A DNA stretch of 64,000 nucleotides from Octopus sinensis (GCF_006345805.1 NC_043002.1:116622001-116686000); one strand, 5' to 3'; shown: positions 28,311 to 42,524, counted from the first letter of the stretch. Notes: generated by a model from the letters alone, not told the origin. Made by a program: numbers and translations.

Positions 28311-28388
28311 ACGACGAAAAGGTCTGTAAGACTGCAGTCATGAAATAAGTAGAGAACAAGATACGTATTGTATATACAGACACACACA

Positions 28389-28437
<49 letters not shown>

Positions 28438-28476
28438 AATTTAAAGGTGTTTCTATTATTTCGTCCAATCACTGTA

Positions 28477-28529
<53 letters not shown>

Positions 28530-29795
28530 CAGTGGTTGGACGAAATAATAGAAACACCTTAAAATTTAAAAACAAATTAATTTTAATATGGGGTAAAACC
28601 GCCTTTGGCAATAATTACACCATGAATTCTATGATGTATGGACTCGTACAAAGTTTTAAGTTTTTCTAAAGGAATTTTTGTCCAGTCTTCAGGTAAAACA
28701 GTCGCTAGTGCTTGTCGTGATGATGAAGTATATCAACTCCTTACTTGTTATTCTAAAATGAACCTTAAATGTTCAATAGTATTGAGATCTGGGGACTGTG
28801 GTGGCCAGATAGGATGTTCAACTTCACTAGAATCTTCCTCGTGCCATTCAGTAACAACTTTAGCTGTGTGAATTGGTGCATTATCATCCTGAAAGATTAC
28901 GTTTCCCTCCAGAAACAGTTCCGTAGCTATAGGATGAATTTGATCAGATAAAATGCTTCAATAGTTTTGACTATAAATCCTGCCATGAAGGGAAGTCATT
29001 GGGCCGGCGGATTTCCAAGATATAGCCCCTCAGATTTTCACATATTCTCCTCCATCTTTAACACTTGGAAGAAAGCAGTCTGGGTCAAATGCTTCTTTTG
29101 GTATCCTCGGCTGGTGGTGGGAAATACGGTAAAGGATAACTCGTCCAGGAAAATAACATTCTTCCACTGTTCCATGGACCAATACTGTAGGTTTTTATTT
29201 TACTCTACTCTAAACGCTTTGCAACGTTTATTTTTGAAAGAAGTGGTTTTCTGATTGCAGCCATCCCGTGAAATCTGGCTTTGTGCAGCACCCAGCAAAC
29301 AGTTTTGGTGGGAACTGGGTTCTCGAGGTGGTCATTAAGCTCTGCAGTGATTTTGGGAGCTGTACTTTTGTGATCCTTTCTAACAATTTGCCTGAGAGTC
29401 CGACGGTCCCTATCTGAAAGTTTTTGTTTTCCTCCGGAGTTTTGTTTCGAAGAGGAGGTTTTTCCCTCTTTCTCAAAGGTTGTCATTACTTTCGTGACAG
29501 TACTTCTTGATACACCAAACAATATTGGTTTTCGTCATGCTAGCGCCTGCCATACAAGCACCAAGAAATTGACCTCTTTGAAAGTCCGATGGATCAGTCA
29601 TTTTAATAAATTTCAGTTACCTTTTTCTTATGATATCTGAAATGAAAACAGCAATTTTAGCAAAACATATAAAACAACACTAATAATATGTTAAAAAAGC
29701 CCCCAGAAAAATACGCAAGCTTTTGACGGTTTAATAGATATTTCAAAATTATGATGCTATGATGCTAGGTGTTTCCATAATTTTGTCCAGCTCCT
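28530..29795 (-). mobile_element. Tc1/mariner DNA transposon, DD36E type, degenerate transposase
   Basis: TIRs CAGTGGTTGGACGAAATAATAGAAACACC (28530-28558) and GGTGTTTCCATAATTTTGTCCAGCTCCT (29768-29795) in TA tracts; HTH region ORF 29205-29522; VIFLDE, FQDDNAPIH, WPPQSPDLNTIE. Confidence 0.92.
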
Positions 29796-29834
29796 ATATA
29801 TATATATAATATATATATTATATATATATAATAT

Positions 29835-29866
<32 letters not shown>

Positions 29867-30102
29867 ATATATATATATATAATATATATAATGGAGACTA
29901 GCGTCATTACTCCTTGTGATTAGCTTGAAAAATTGTTAAGATATTAAGATATTTTTCTTCACATGAATCCAATGGTTGCCTTAATACACAAGTAGAGAAA
30001 TTCTATCTACCAATACAGTGTTGGGCACTCATTCTCATCGTTCGACGTTTTCGTATATATATAATATATACATACATATATATATATATATAATATATAT
30101 AT

Positions 30103-30173
<71 letters not shown>

Positions 30174-30182
30174 TTATATACA

Positions 30183-30534
30183 TAGGCGCAGGCGTGGCTG
30201 TGTGGTAAGAAGACTGCTTCCCAATCACATGTTTCCGAGTTCAGTGCCATTGCGTGGCACGTTGGGCAGGTGTCTTCTACTGTATCTTGGTCCGACAAAA
30301 GCCATGTGAGTGGATTTGGTAGACGGAAACTGAAAGTAACCCGTGGTATATACATACATACATACATACATATACATACATATATATATATATACATACA
30401 TATATATACATATATATATATATATATACATACACACACATATATATATATACATACATACATACATACATATATATACATATATATATACATACATACA
30501 TACATACATACATACATGTATATACATATATATA

Positions 30535-30570
<36 letters not shown>

Positions 30571-30815
30571 TACATATATATACTGTATGTCTGAGTCTGT
30601 GTGTGTGTGTGCGAGAGAGAGAGTTTGTTCCCAAATATCGCTTGACAACCGATGTTGGTGTGTTTACGCCTCCGTAGGTTGGTGGTTCTGCAAAAAAGAG
30701 CGATAGAATAAGTACTAGGCTTACAAAGAACATGTTCTGGGTCGGTTTCTTTGACTGAAGGCGGTGCCCCTTAGTCATATAACTAAAATAAACAAAAGAA
30801 TAAGCGAAAGAATAA
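30183..30815 (+). mobile_element. SINE family B with large internal (TA/TACA)n
   Basis: Head ATAGGCGCAGGCGTGGCTGTGTGGTAAG; tail to ~30815. Confidence 0.85.
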
Positions 30816-30879
30816 AATTGTATTATACATCATACATACATACATACATACATACATAATACATACATATATATGTATG

Positions 30880-30936
<57 letters not shown>

Positions 30937-31851
30937 GTTTTCGTTTCTCATTGTGTTCGACGTTGTTTTGGTGTCCTGTACCCATATATGCGTGTATATA
31001 TACATGTAGAGGTAGGTACGTACATATATGTATGTATATATGAGTATATTTTATTTATTAATTTATTATATAACGGAACGCACGCGTCCATTTCTAAGTA
31101 AGCTTGTTCTTGATATTAATAATGATGCGCACTCTTGACCTTTCTGTCTCCTCCCTTTCTCATTCTTCATTCTTTCTGGTTTCCTTTTCTTCTACCTTAC
31201 TGTCTCTCCCTCTCTCTCATTCTTCATTCTTTTTGGTTTCCTCACAACCATTCCCTTTTTCTCTTTCCCTTTCTCTTGCTCCTCCTCGCTCCCTCCCGTC
31301 GTTGACCCGCGACGAGAGCTCTGCTACTGTCTTTCTGGCCTGACTTCCTTGAAGTGTGGATGGCATTTTCTGTTGCTCCTTCGCCGTTCTCCAAAATAGC
31401 GTTCGTAATACTTTTTCTCGTTCGGCTTAACCGCACTTCTTGTCTTGTTATTCTTGTCTTGTCTTTTACTGTTTATGTTTTGTACTGTCTTTACTGTCCT
31501 GTTTTTGTTACCATTTTTACCCCTCCGCAAAAAGATCTCGAATTTTATTTAAGTTGCTTTTCGCGGGAAGGAAAGTTTCTATCGAAGATGCGTATCGCCT
31601 TCACCTTCGAAACGCTGAGTAGATGAAACCATGGCGACTGAAGAAGGGGGATTTTCCTTGTGTTATTTGTCCTGTACTCTATTTTTTCGTTGTTTAAGAA
31701 AAATGTCCAGTTCCTTGGTTTTGTGTTTATGTTTTCGTTTCTCATTGTGTTCAACGTTTTTTGGTGTCCTCTACCCATATATGCATGTATATATACATGT
31801 AGAGGTAGGTACGTACATATATGTACGTATATATGCATGTTTTATTTATTA

Positions 31852-31857
<6 letters not shown>
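30937..31857 (+). repeat. Repeat family E with ~110-bp terminal direct repeats
   Basis: 30937-31040 matches 31732-31835 (TTTTCGTTTCTCATTGTGTTC...GTAGAGGTAGGTACG); further copies at 24905-25130 and 34600-35200. Confidence 0.7.
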
Positions 31858-31902
<45 letters not shown>

Positions 31903-32539
31903 AAGCGATGGAGAATGTGGAGACTGGTACATCCTCAGATTTAATACCTTTTATTTTACACTGTCAGCAGCATATTTTTATGGTCACGACGACCTACACT
32001 TTTTTTTCACTGGAAAGAGTATGTGCAATTGCATATACAACGGGGCATAATTTTCTGTGCAGCTTGGCTCGAAGTGAACTGGATTCAGTTTGTTGTTTAT
32101 TTGTTGGGTTGAGGGGGAAAGTGAGGGGAGGTCATTTTGACTCTGAAATTTGATCTGTTTGTTAACTAGTATGGTTGACCTCAGTTTCACACCCGTTGTT
32201 GGTCGAAGTCACAGTTCTGTCTAATTAGGTCAGAGTTTATGCTACTTGTTTGGCAAGCCTCTTTGTCTGTTGTAGCTGATGGCTTCTTAATTAGTTTGCT
32301 TTCAAGAGTTTTCTTAATGTATTTTATGTTATGTTCTTAGTGATCCAGATCTTTTCGTGGCTGTGGTGTTAATTATGCTGGGAAGTTGAAAGGAAAGGGG
32401 ATATATACCATGTTGGTTAAGAAAAGGCTATGTATTTGGGGAGTTTAGGACATGTGCTTCTATCTTTTATTTCCCACCCATTTGTGGGTGGGAAATTGCG
32501 TTATCTACAACGTGTGTTAAATTTCATAAAGGTTTTGAT

Positions 32540-33330
32540 ATGTTTATGTAACCATCTTAGGGCCTGTTCCAGCCTACTATTAATTTGTTTTTCGATATAA
32601 AGATATGGTAAAATTCTATACATAATTTACATCTATTTCTCTCTCTTCCACACGGTTTAACCGTACAAATTATATCCCAATCTGTGGTAAACTCTGGTTC
32701 TTACCTTTCATGGCCCAAATTAGTTTGATTAAGCTCGTGCTGTTATTCGTACTTCTATTTCTAAATGAATTTATACGATTTCCTAGCGAACTTGCCTTTA
32801 TATAGAAGTAAATCCTTCCTTCAGAAATGATCTTGCATCGATATACTAGGATTTTCGATATACTAGGGTTTTAAGGGGCATACTTTATTCCTAGCACGAT
32901 TAAAGTGATCTAATTCCCTGTTTCCATTATCTAATGTTTTGTAGTTCCAGCTATTTTTCTCTGCTGACCTCATTTCTATTGATCTACTATTTCCTCCGAG
33001 CTTTCCATCCATTGGTGTTTGTGCTTTGCTATTCTAACGATTCCCTGCGCCCTGTTTTCTGGATGTACAGGCTTGTGTTGAAGTTGTCTTCCCTCAACTG
33101 CTGGTTCTTGCTGTATTACCATCCCCCACTACATAGTGTGTTGTGTTAGTGTTCGAGTCTCTTCTGTCATTAATTATTCCTGTCCTGTCACCCGGTTTAC
33201 CATTATGAATATTCCCGTTAATGGAGGTCGTTTTTCTGGTTTAGTCTACTATTTTTTACCGGTCCTTCGCAAGTAAGGTAATCTTCTTGATTTGTATGCT
33301 GCTATGATCTGCGCTAGGTTACGGCTAGAG
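32540..33330 (-). mobile_element. Penelope-like GIY-YIG endonuclease relic
   Basis: SSSRNLAQIIAAY linker, NSTSL.KLIWAMK...WDIICTVKP...CKLC C-terminal pattern; degenerate. Confidence 0.65.
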
Positions 33331-33339
33331 GAAAAAACA

Positions 33340-33800
33340 TTCGTTTGTTTGATCTCATTTAATGCATGACTGTCTTCAATAGATTCTGACGTCAACACGT
33401 CATCCGGTACTGCCGCTACAGCTATCAGCTGTTGGGTTTTATTGGCAGAATTGATAAATGTTTCTTTCTTAGGAGACCTTTTGATTGTTTCTGGTGGTAC
33501 AGTATATAACATCCTAAATATTGGTTCATTTGTTTATTTCTTTGCGTTCCTTCCTTGTTCTATAATGCGTTATTTCGTTTCAAAATATTTTTCAAATTCC
33601 CGAAACGATGTTTTGTTTTCATGTTTACATGATGTGATTACCCCGGACAGCCTATTTACCACGTTTTCCCTGGAAGTAGTGATTTCCAGGGTTTTTCCCG
33701 GGCACAAGTTGCATACCCGTGACGTTTTGTTGTATGGAGCAGCATTTTTTTATAATGGATCAGTGAGTCATATGTTCCACTCCATTCTGTTTGAGCCTCT
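33340..33800 (-). mobile_element. Second Penelope-like endonuclease C-terminus plus downstream coding-like segment
   Basis: APYNKTSRVCNLC...NRLSGVITSCKHEN at ~33610-33750. Confidence 0.6.
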
Positions 33801-34432
33801 ATACGAGGTTCCCTAGAGATGTGGGATGTCTTTTATTTATATTGGAAAATGATGTGTGATGATTGCGCAGACGATTTTTCAAGGTATCTGCGGTGTCACA
33901 GATGTACACATATTTTTGCGTCCTCTCTTCACTTCACATTTGTAAACTATATTCCTTATTTATCAATTCAGTCAATAAATTCCATCAACTAATGGCTGTA
34001 GTGTCTGTATCGGATGACCTGTTGACTTCATAATCTATTGAAGAGAGTCATACCTTAAACGAAATCAATCAAAAGAGTGTACTACCCATCCTTGACATCT
34101 GCTGAATGAATAGCAGAATAAGTCCAACACCAGCACACACCTCCAACTCCATATAACTCATTCCTTCCTGTCTTTCCATCACTTTCCACTCATCCCCAAC
34201 AAATACCCACATAACTCACTCAACCTCGATACAAGTCAAAAAGGATAAGCATCCCTCTGTTGTACATCCAGTAATACTATATTGCCTGAACAAATGAGTC
34301 CATGAAGATGCCCACGTATACTAAGAACTACGCTGTAATCATCCCAGGAATACGGACTGTGATCTTTAGAGACATGTGAATTGTGGAAACGCGCGTAGCG
34401 ATGCATTAAATGTTTATAAATTCTATCCAAGG

Positions 34433-34463
<31 letters not shown>

Positions 34464-34471
34464 TATTATTA

Positions 34472-34505
<34 letters not shown>

Positions 34506-34599
34506 ATTATATACATAAGATATAACATTATATATATATATATAACATATATAACAATATATTTATTATTCTTTTACCGCCTCTTCTCCCATTATTCTA

Positions 34600-35200
34600 T
34601 CCTATTACTCTTTCGTTTTTTTCTCTCTTCCTTTCTCTTATTCTTCTACCTCCCATTCTCCCCTCCCGTTTTCTCACTTATCCTATCTCCAAATTTTTCC
34701 CCTCCCCTTCACAGTTCTCTTCTGTCGCTCTCACTCTCTCGCTCTTCCTCCCTTGCTCATGTGACTCCCACGTGACCATCGGCTATCTTCTAATTTGTGC
34801 TTCTTTCTTTCTCTCCGTTGTAGCTGGATCAAGAAAGACGTGTTCTTGTCTGTCTCCTGTCCAAGCTTGATTTATACGTTCGCCACCACAACCTCGTTTA
34901 GGCTTAGCAGCCCTTCCTGTTTGTTTTCACTGTCTTGTTTGTGTTACCTATTTTGTCCCTTTGCAAAATCACAAATTTTATTTAATTTGCTTTGCGGGAA
35001 CAACTGTTTTATCAAAAGCGTATCTTGTTAAATACTCGATATACGAGAGTAGAAAAACAGACAACAACTTTGTGTTGTTTGTCTTATTTGCCATTTGTGT
35101 CTTTCGTTGTTCGAAAAAATATTTCATATTCCATGTACTCGTGCTTCGTAACTTTTGTTGTACGCGTTTCGTGACGTCCTGTGCCCACGTATGCATATGT
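34600..35200 (+). repeat. Repeat family E, diverged copy
   Basis: Collinear similarity to 31100-31780 (e.g. AATTTTATTTAATTTGCTTTGCGGGAA). Confidence 0.6.
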
Positions 35201-35248
35201 ATATACGTATAGATGTATGTACATATACGTTTTATATATGCATATATA

Positions 35249-35282
<34 letters not shown>

Positions 35283-35430
35283 TATGACGGACTTCTTTTC
35301 AGTTTCCGTCTACCAAATCCACTCACAAGTCTTTGGTTGGCTCGAGGCTATAGTAGAAGACACTTGCCCAAGTGGGACTGAACCCGGAACCATGCGGTTG
35401 GTAAGCAAGCTACCTACCACGCAGCCACTC
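35283..35430 (-). mobile_element. SINE family B head/body
   Basis: Reverse complement of the B head and body. Confidence 0.85.
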
Positions 35431-37494
35431 TTATATATAATAGATATATATGTGTGTGTGTGTGCATGTAGGTATATATATATACACACACACGCACACA
35501 TTGCAGTGTCTTCGAGATAAAAGTATATATTCTTAATCAAATAAGCAGACTAAAACACGTACACTCATACGTACACACACAAACACACACTCGCATCCCG
35601 CCACAAATACGCAAAGATAACTGTAAAGTAAAATAGTTGTTTTACAGATTAATGCTTTTACAAATAATCCTTGCTTTCGCTTAATTAATTGCCTATCTGA
35701 AACGAAATATTTCGTATCTATAAACGCAGTTGAAGTTCTTCAGAATATTTCGGTGTGATCTTCACGTTCAGAACGAATTTGATTCATAACAAACAAAACA
35801 ATTTTTCCTCAAAATAACGTCAAAGAATTGATGTAGACCGTGTAATCAAACGCTGTCATTTCCTGTTAAGGAAACATTTACATAAAACTGATTCATTATT
35901 ATAAGGATTAATGAATCAATGCATTTGCGAAAGATATATTTGCAGATACACCCTGAAGCATTCGCAAACAAATAGTATGTATATTTATACATGGAAACAA
36001 ATATTGTAAATACTAAAATATACACACATCAATGCATTAATACAAATACATATAGACACACTTAAGAACATTCATATACTTACATATATTCACACGCACG
36101 TGATATTACTTTAGCTTTATTTCATATTTTCACGAAGATAGAAAAAGTAAATGGATACTTTCTTATTAGTATCTTAATAGACCCTTATATCTGTATTACC
36201 TATACACAGTCTATATGAAGATCAGTATACAAGATTTTAGTCATAAAGTCCAAACTTAATCTTTTCATTTCATTAACATCACTACTTCGAAAACGTAGAG
36301 AATCCCAACAAAAAAATATATCTTTGGGCGCACACTTAGACTGTAATAGTATTATGTTTGTTTATGCTTACATACTGATATAAACAGAATTCCTATTCAA
36401 AAAGAATTTCCATTGCTTACGTCGCAAATAGATCTATCTTGTATTATAATCTTAAGATTTCACCAGTGCTAAAATCGCTTATTTAATGACGTATTGGATG
36501 TATTATCCTTCATTCTCGAGATACATCGCAAAGTGATACCATATTCCATCTAGATGGGTTTTGAAATGAATGACTGTGCGCATGATATCGATCCTGAAAT
36601 CAATGGGCTATTAATCCTATATAAGATTTACTAATGTTAAATACGTTATTAATAAGACAATTCTTTTTTAAATAGCAATTATTCTTATTACCACAATAAA
36701 ATGTTGCATACTAACAACCACCAAAATAACTAGAAAAAATGCTTCTGCTTACTCTCTATGGAATAAGATAATTGATCAGCATTGCTGTCATTCTTTTAAA
36801 ACTGATCTTCCGACGGAAAATGTTTCTTTTGAAAAGAAAGGTAGAATTTGGTGTTTTAACATCTTTATCAAATTCTTAAAACATCTAATCGTTAGTTGAC
36901 AATGAAGAAATGTTTTAAAACAAATTTATGTTGCTTGAATGGTTCGAAAATTTGTTGATGTAATTTATGATTTCACTTAGATTTTATAAAAGGATAAAAT
37001 AATCCATTGGATACATTCAGAGTAACATCAAGGAAGTTTACAATAGATAGATTCGCATCAAATATAAAGGACTGACACTGTTTTTTTTTTTTTTTAAAAA
37101 TGCCAGTCGAGTCCTTCCTTAATACATCTGGGCACTGCAATTAGTCATGGTCAATAAGCTTTCTCCTATTCAAACTCACTCCTATATGAGAAAATTTATC
37201 CCTAAGTTATAATTTTAAAAAAATTGACCAATAACAATAGTGACCTTCGCGGAATCGCTCGCACTCCTACTCACATCAAAAGTGGATATTATATATATAG
37301 TTAGATATAATCTAATTATGGTATCATTCCTCTACTGTACAACTACGTTTGTATAGCATTATTTTATCTTAGTATGCTGTAATACATTCTTATTTTCATA
37401 TCAGAACAAAGCTGATATTGTTACATTTAAACGCACAGTACCTCTGGATTTCAACAAAATATATCAGTAATATAAGGTGCAAGCATAGCTATAG

Positions 37495-37630
37495 CTACAT
37501 TGTTCTGGGTTCTGGGTTTGGTTCCATCACCTATGAACTTTGGTGACATTTTATACTCTTTAGCTTCGAGCTGATTAATGCCTTGTATGAAATTTGGTCG
37601 ACAGAAATAGAATACAAGCCTATCGTATAC
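37495..37630 (+). mobile_element. SINE family B, old diverged body
   Basis: GCCTTGTATGAAATTTGGTCGACAGAAA...AAGCCTATCGTAT followed by (CA)n. Confidence 0.5.
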
Positions 37631-37663
37631 ACAAACACACACAAACACACACACACACACACA

Positions 37664-37706
<43 letters not shown>

Positions 37707-38741
37707 CACACACACAGCGTGAAAGTAGGCGCGCACGTGTGTGTGTGTGCGTGTCTATGCTTATGTTACTTAAAACCAGTCACGTGTTGGATGGTCCTGA
37801 ACGTAACAAGAACTAAACTTTAAAATGATTGATACAATCTACAAGTTCTACCAAACTCTTGGAGACGTGCCCCTTGTAATTGTAACAAATACCCTATGGT
37901 TGATTTGGTAAATAAGTATACTGTGGTTTGATAATAAGTGAAATAAGATTTGAGCTTCAAATAATTTAATAAGATTTATGATATGTTTTACTGACAGGGG
38001 AAAATATTTGTCTTTCTCTTCTGTGTAAGCATTTAAAGGCTATAATATAGAGTTGACAAAATACAGGAATCGTAATGACATAAAAGTTATATGCGTGAAT
38101 GAAATATATATCATACATGAATACTGTAATACTAAATAAGTTGATGCAATTAAAAGAACGTCTTATTCACAGAAATTGATATAAAAAATAAGTTTCGTGC
38201 ATTAGGAGATGTCTAATTTAGGCATGTATACGAAAATTAGAGAAATTTTCCCAATATCCTCATTTAGAAATTGTGAGAGTCTAAATGATGATCTTTGATT
38301 CAAAACAAATCCAATTTGCTATTCAATTCTTCTCAAAATATCGGAGATCGAATCGATAATCAGTGACAAGAGATGAACTGAATTATGATGATAAATTAAA
38401 TCATTCTGCGATGGGAAAATACACGTCTTCGAAAATAGGCAAAAATATATAATTACATTTTAGAAAAATTCCAAGCAATAGCGTTTACCCATAAATAAAT
38501 TACCATAGATATATTTTAATACGTCTATTCATTCTCTACATTCTAGTCGCAGTAGTATATTCCAAATGGTAAAAATATACCAATTACAAAATATCTAATC
38601 AGAGCATTACGGATAAAGATGCATAAATAAAGCGATACTGGAATTTAAATTACACAATAAGTAATATGTTCAATGAATGAATCGTATAACTAAAGTCGCA
38701 GTGACATCATGTAGCCTCTCATTTCTTAGAAACATATGTCT

Positions 38742-38779
<38 letters not shown>

Positions 38780-39080
38780 CACTATTATCATCCTCAATGT
38801 CAACGCTACCGTCTCTACTACTACTGCAATAAAAACGAACGCTCCCATCTCCGCCAACTTTATTACTATTTGAGTTACATATATTAGAAACAAGGCTATA
38901 CATATATAGATATTTATTTAACATCTAATGAAGTCGTTTGACTTTACTGTCTAGCGCTAATTCTGCGACGCCCTATTTTCTTGAGACAGTACCTTTATGT
39001 TATCAATCGAATTCATTCTCAAAGTTGGAATCACGGTGAGATATTGTGAAAATAGTTCAAATGCAATTACAGATTCAAAT

Positions 39081-39296
39081 ATTCTTTTCTACTCTAGGCA
39101 CAAAGCCCGACATTTTTGGGGAAGGGGCCAAGTCGATTAAATCGACCCCAGTACGCAACTGGTACTTAATTTATCGACCCCGAAAGGATGAAAAGCAAAG
39201 TCGACCTCGGCGGAATTTGAACTCAGAACGTAAAGACAGACAAAATATCGCTAAGCAATTTTCCCGGCGTGCAAACGTTTCTGTCAGCTCGGCGCC
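39081..39296 (-). mobile_element. SINE family A, full length
   Basis: Reverse complement of the A head, B-box, body and tail. Confidence 0.88.
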
Positions 39297-39376
39297 TTGA
39301 CAGATTCAAACATTAGTTTCAGGTGACCGAAAGCGGAGATTCTTGGCCAAGACTTTAAATTTGTAAAATACTACTC

Positions 39377-39412
39377 TATGTATGTATGTATGTATGTATG
39401 TATGTATGTATG

Positions 39413-39443
<31 letters not shown>

Positions 39444-39599
39444 GTATGTATGTATGTATGTATGTATGTATGTAGGTATGTATGTATGTATGTATGTATG
39501 TATGTATGTATGTAGGTAGGTTGTTTGTATGTAGGTATGTATGTATGTATGTATGTATGTATGAATGTATGTATGTATGAATGTATGTATGTATGTATG

Positions 39600-39630
<31 letters not shown>

Positions 39631-40053
39631 GTATGATGTATGTATGTATGTATGTAGGTATGTATGTATGTATGTATGTATATGTATGTATGTATGTATG
39701 TATGTAGTATGTATGTATGTATGTGTGTATGTATGTATGTATGTATGTGTGTATGTATGTATGTATGTAAGTATGTAGTATGTATGTATGTATGTATGTA
39801 TGTATGTATGTATGTATGTATGTATGTATGTGTGTATGTATGTATGTATGTATGTGTGTATGTATGTATGTATGTAAGTATGTATGTATGTATGTATGTA
39901 TGTATGTATGTATGTATGTATGTATGTATGTATGTATGTATGTATGTGTGTATATATGTATGTATGTATGTGTGTATGTATGTATGTATGTATGTATGTA
40001 TGTATGTATGTATGTATGTATGTATGTATTATGTATGTATGTATGTATGTATG
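39377..40053. repeat. ~680-bp (TATG)n array
   Basis: Directly visible. Confidence 0.97.
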
Positions 40054-40579
40054 TTAGCCGGTCGCTAACAAAGCAACGAGACTTTTTGAGTTAAAAGAGT
40101 TCTCGGTGTTTGTAAATATGTGGTTGAGTTGGTTGAACTGTCGATGCATACACTAAAGTGTGTGCATCTATTCACTTAAGAATCTCATATAGAGAACTTT
40201 TGGAATGTCTCACAAATCTTTTCTGTACCACTAACAGACTGAATTTGGAGAATTCCGTCAGTTTCTTCTGCTGTTTTTCCGTGAAACCGAGTATTTCTAG
40301 GTTTTGTGCAAATTTGTTGGTACATAACTTAATGTACCTATGATGATAGGTAAAAATGAGAATTTATAGTCAGAGTACAAGAGCTGTAAGTTCCGCATTA
40401 ATTTGCCTTAAATGTTCTTTTTCCTTGACATTTGATTGTACATTCACATGTATGCATGTATGCGTGCATGTATGTATGTGTATGTGTGTGTGTGTGTTTG
40501 TCTTTCTGTCTGTCTATCTATCTATCAATCAGTCTATCAGTCTCTGTTTCCTTAGAGAGATAGGTAGGTAGGTAGGTAG

Positions 40580-40613
<34 letters not shown>

Positions 40614-41162
40614 AAAAGTTAAAGCGAGAGAGGTACCTATCTCTCTGTTTCCTTAAATACACGACTGTGTTCAAGTTTTATTATCTTTTAATTTTAAAGT
40701 TTTCGTATTTTCTTTTCTCTTTGCAAGCAGTTGGAATATTGTCCTTAAATTCAGATTCACCGTTTCCGGACCTTCACAGTATCATTTTCAAGAACTGAAT
40801 AGATTTGGTGTCTGCATTGTTTCTTATATGCTATATGAGTTCATGTATACTTCCACCAAAGGGATTTTACCGCTAGGTCTATACGTCAGATATTCAAATA
40901 TTTAGCATATCAGATGCGATGCAGACGCCAAATCAATTCAGTTCATGAAAATGAGACTATGAATGTCTGGAAACGTCATATATGAGTTTAGAAACTTTAT
41001 TGTTCCAATCTAGCTGTACAAACCTAATGAGAACATACAAAAATTTTAAAATAAAAGATAAAACTTAAACACAGTCGTGTATTCGATGAAACATATTTAA
41101 GTTAAAAACCGTAAGCCATATATATATATATATATATATATATTTGTATATATATATATATA

Positions 41163-41202
<40 letters not shown>

Positions 41203-41539
41203 CATATATATATATATATGTATGTATGTATATATATGCATATATATAGATACATTTACAAGTACATATATATATATATACATACATATATATACACACT
41301 TACATACACACATACACTCACACAAACACACACACACACACGCGCGCACATATATATATAACTCAGTATTCTGCCGTATGTATGAATACATGCTCATATC
41401 AACATTTTTCACAAATGATAAACATAACGGAGGGGATTAAAAATAGAAGTGGAAAAGGATGCAATTGAACATATTATAGGAATTAATCATAATTCAGCCG
41501 AAATATGAATAAAAAGTAGAATCAACGATATGGTCGTCA

Positions 41540-41639
41540 AGAGAAAGGGAGAGAGGGTGATAGAGAAAGAGAGAAGAGTGAGTGAGTGATTGAGTGAGTG
41601 AGTGTGTGATATGCATGTGTGAAAGAGAGAGGGAGAGAG

Positions 41640-41685
<46 letters not shown>

Positions 41686-41812
41686 GGAGATATACACAAA
41701 CAGCGAGATAAATACAGCAGAGAAGATAGGAGGTAGTTAGAAGAGAGGAGGCGAGAAAAATTATCAGAGATTGAAATAGAGGGGAGAGAGAGAGAGAAAG
41801 TGAGAGAGAGAA

Positions 41813-41884
<72 letters not shown>

Positions 41885-41885
41885 T
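41540..41885. repeat. (GA)n-rich array
   Basis: Directly visible. Confidence 0.9.
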
Positions 41886-42076
41886 AAACTTTATTTTATT
41901 TTATTAATCAACCGTGCGTTTATTATCATAACATCATCACGTACGTAAATGAATTCTACTCGACAATTTTAAGGTCTCTCTGTCTCTTCTTTGCACTTAT
42001 CCAATTTCTATTCATCGGTAATAGAATACATCCTACCCCACACGCATATATATATATATATATATTAATATATAAT

Positions 42077-42154
<78 letters not shown>

Positions 42155-42175
42155 GTATATATAATATATATTATA

Positions 42176-42207
<32 letters not shown>

Positions 42208-42458
42208 GTGTATGTATGTATGTATGTATATATGTACGAGTGAGTGAACACAACGAAAAGAAGTATTGAAAGCATTTGGTAGAAGATGCGTATATCATTA
42301 AAAACAGTTTGATTCAGTAGCACTTGACTATGCTCATAGAATCTGATGAGATGACGTGCCCTAGGCACCCACGTAGATTTAAGTCATATATGCATACATA
42401 CATGCATACGTACATACGTACATACATACATACACACATACACACGAATATATATATA

Positions 42459-42510
<52 letters not shown>

Positions 42511-42524
42511 TGGATTAACTTTAT

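Noticed and set aside
31600-31660. Type II hammerhead in family E
   Set aside because: Helix I cannot form (purine-rich linker, G1.1 opposite A) and helix II would be mostly wobble pairs
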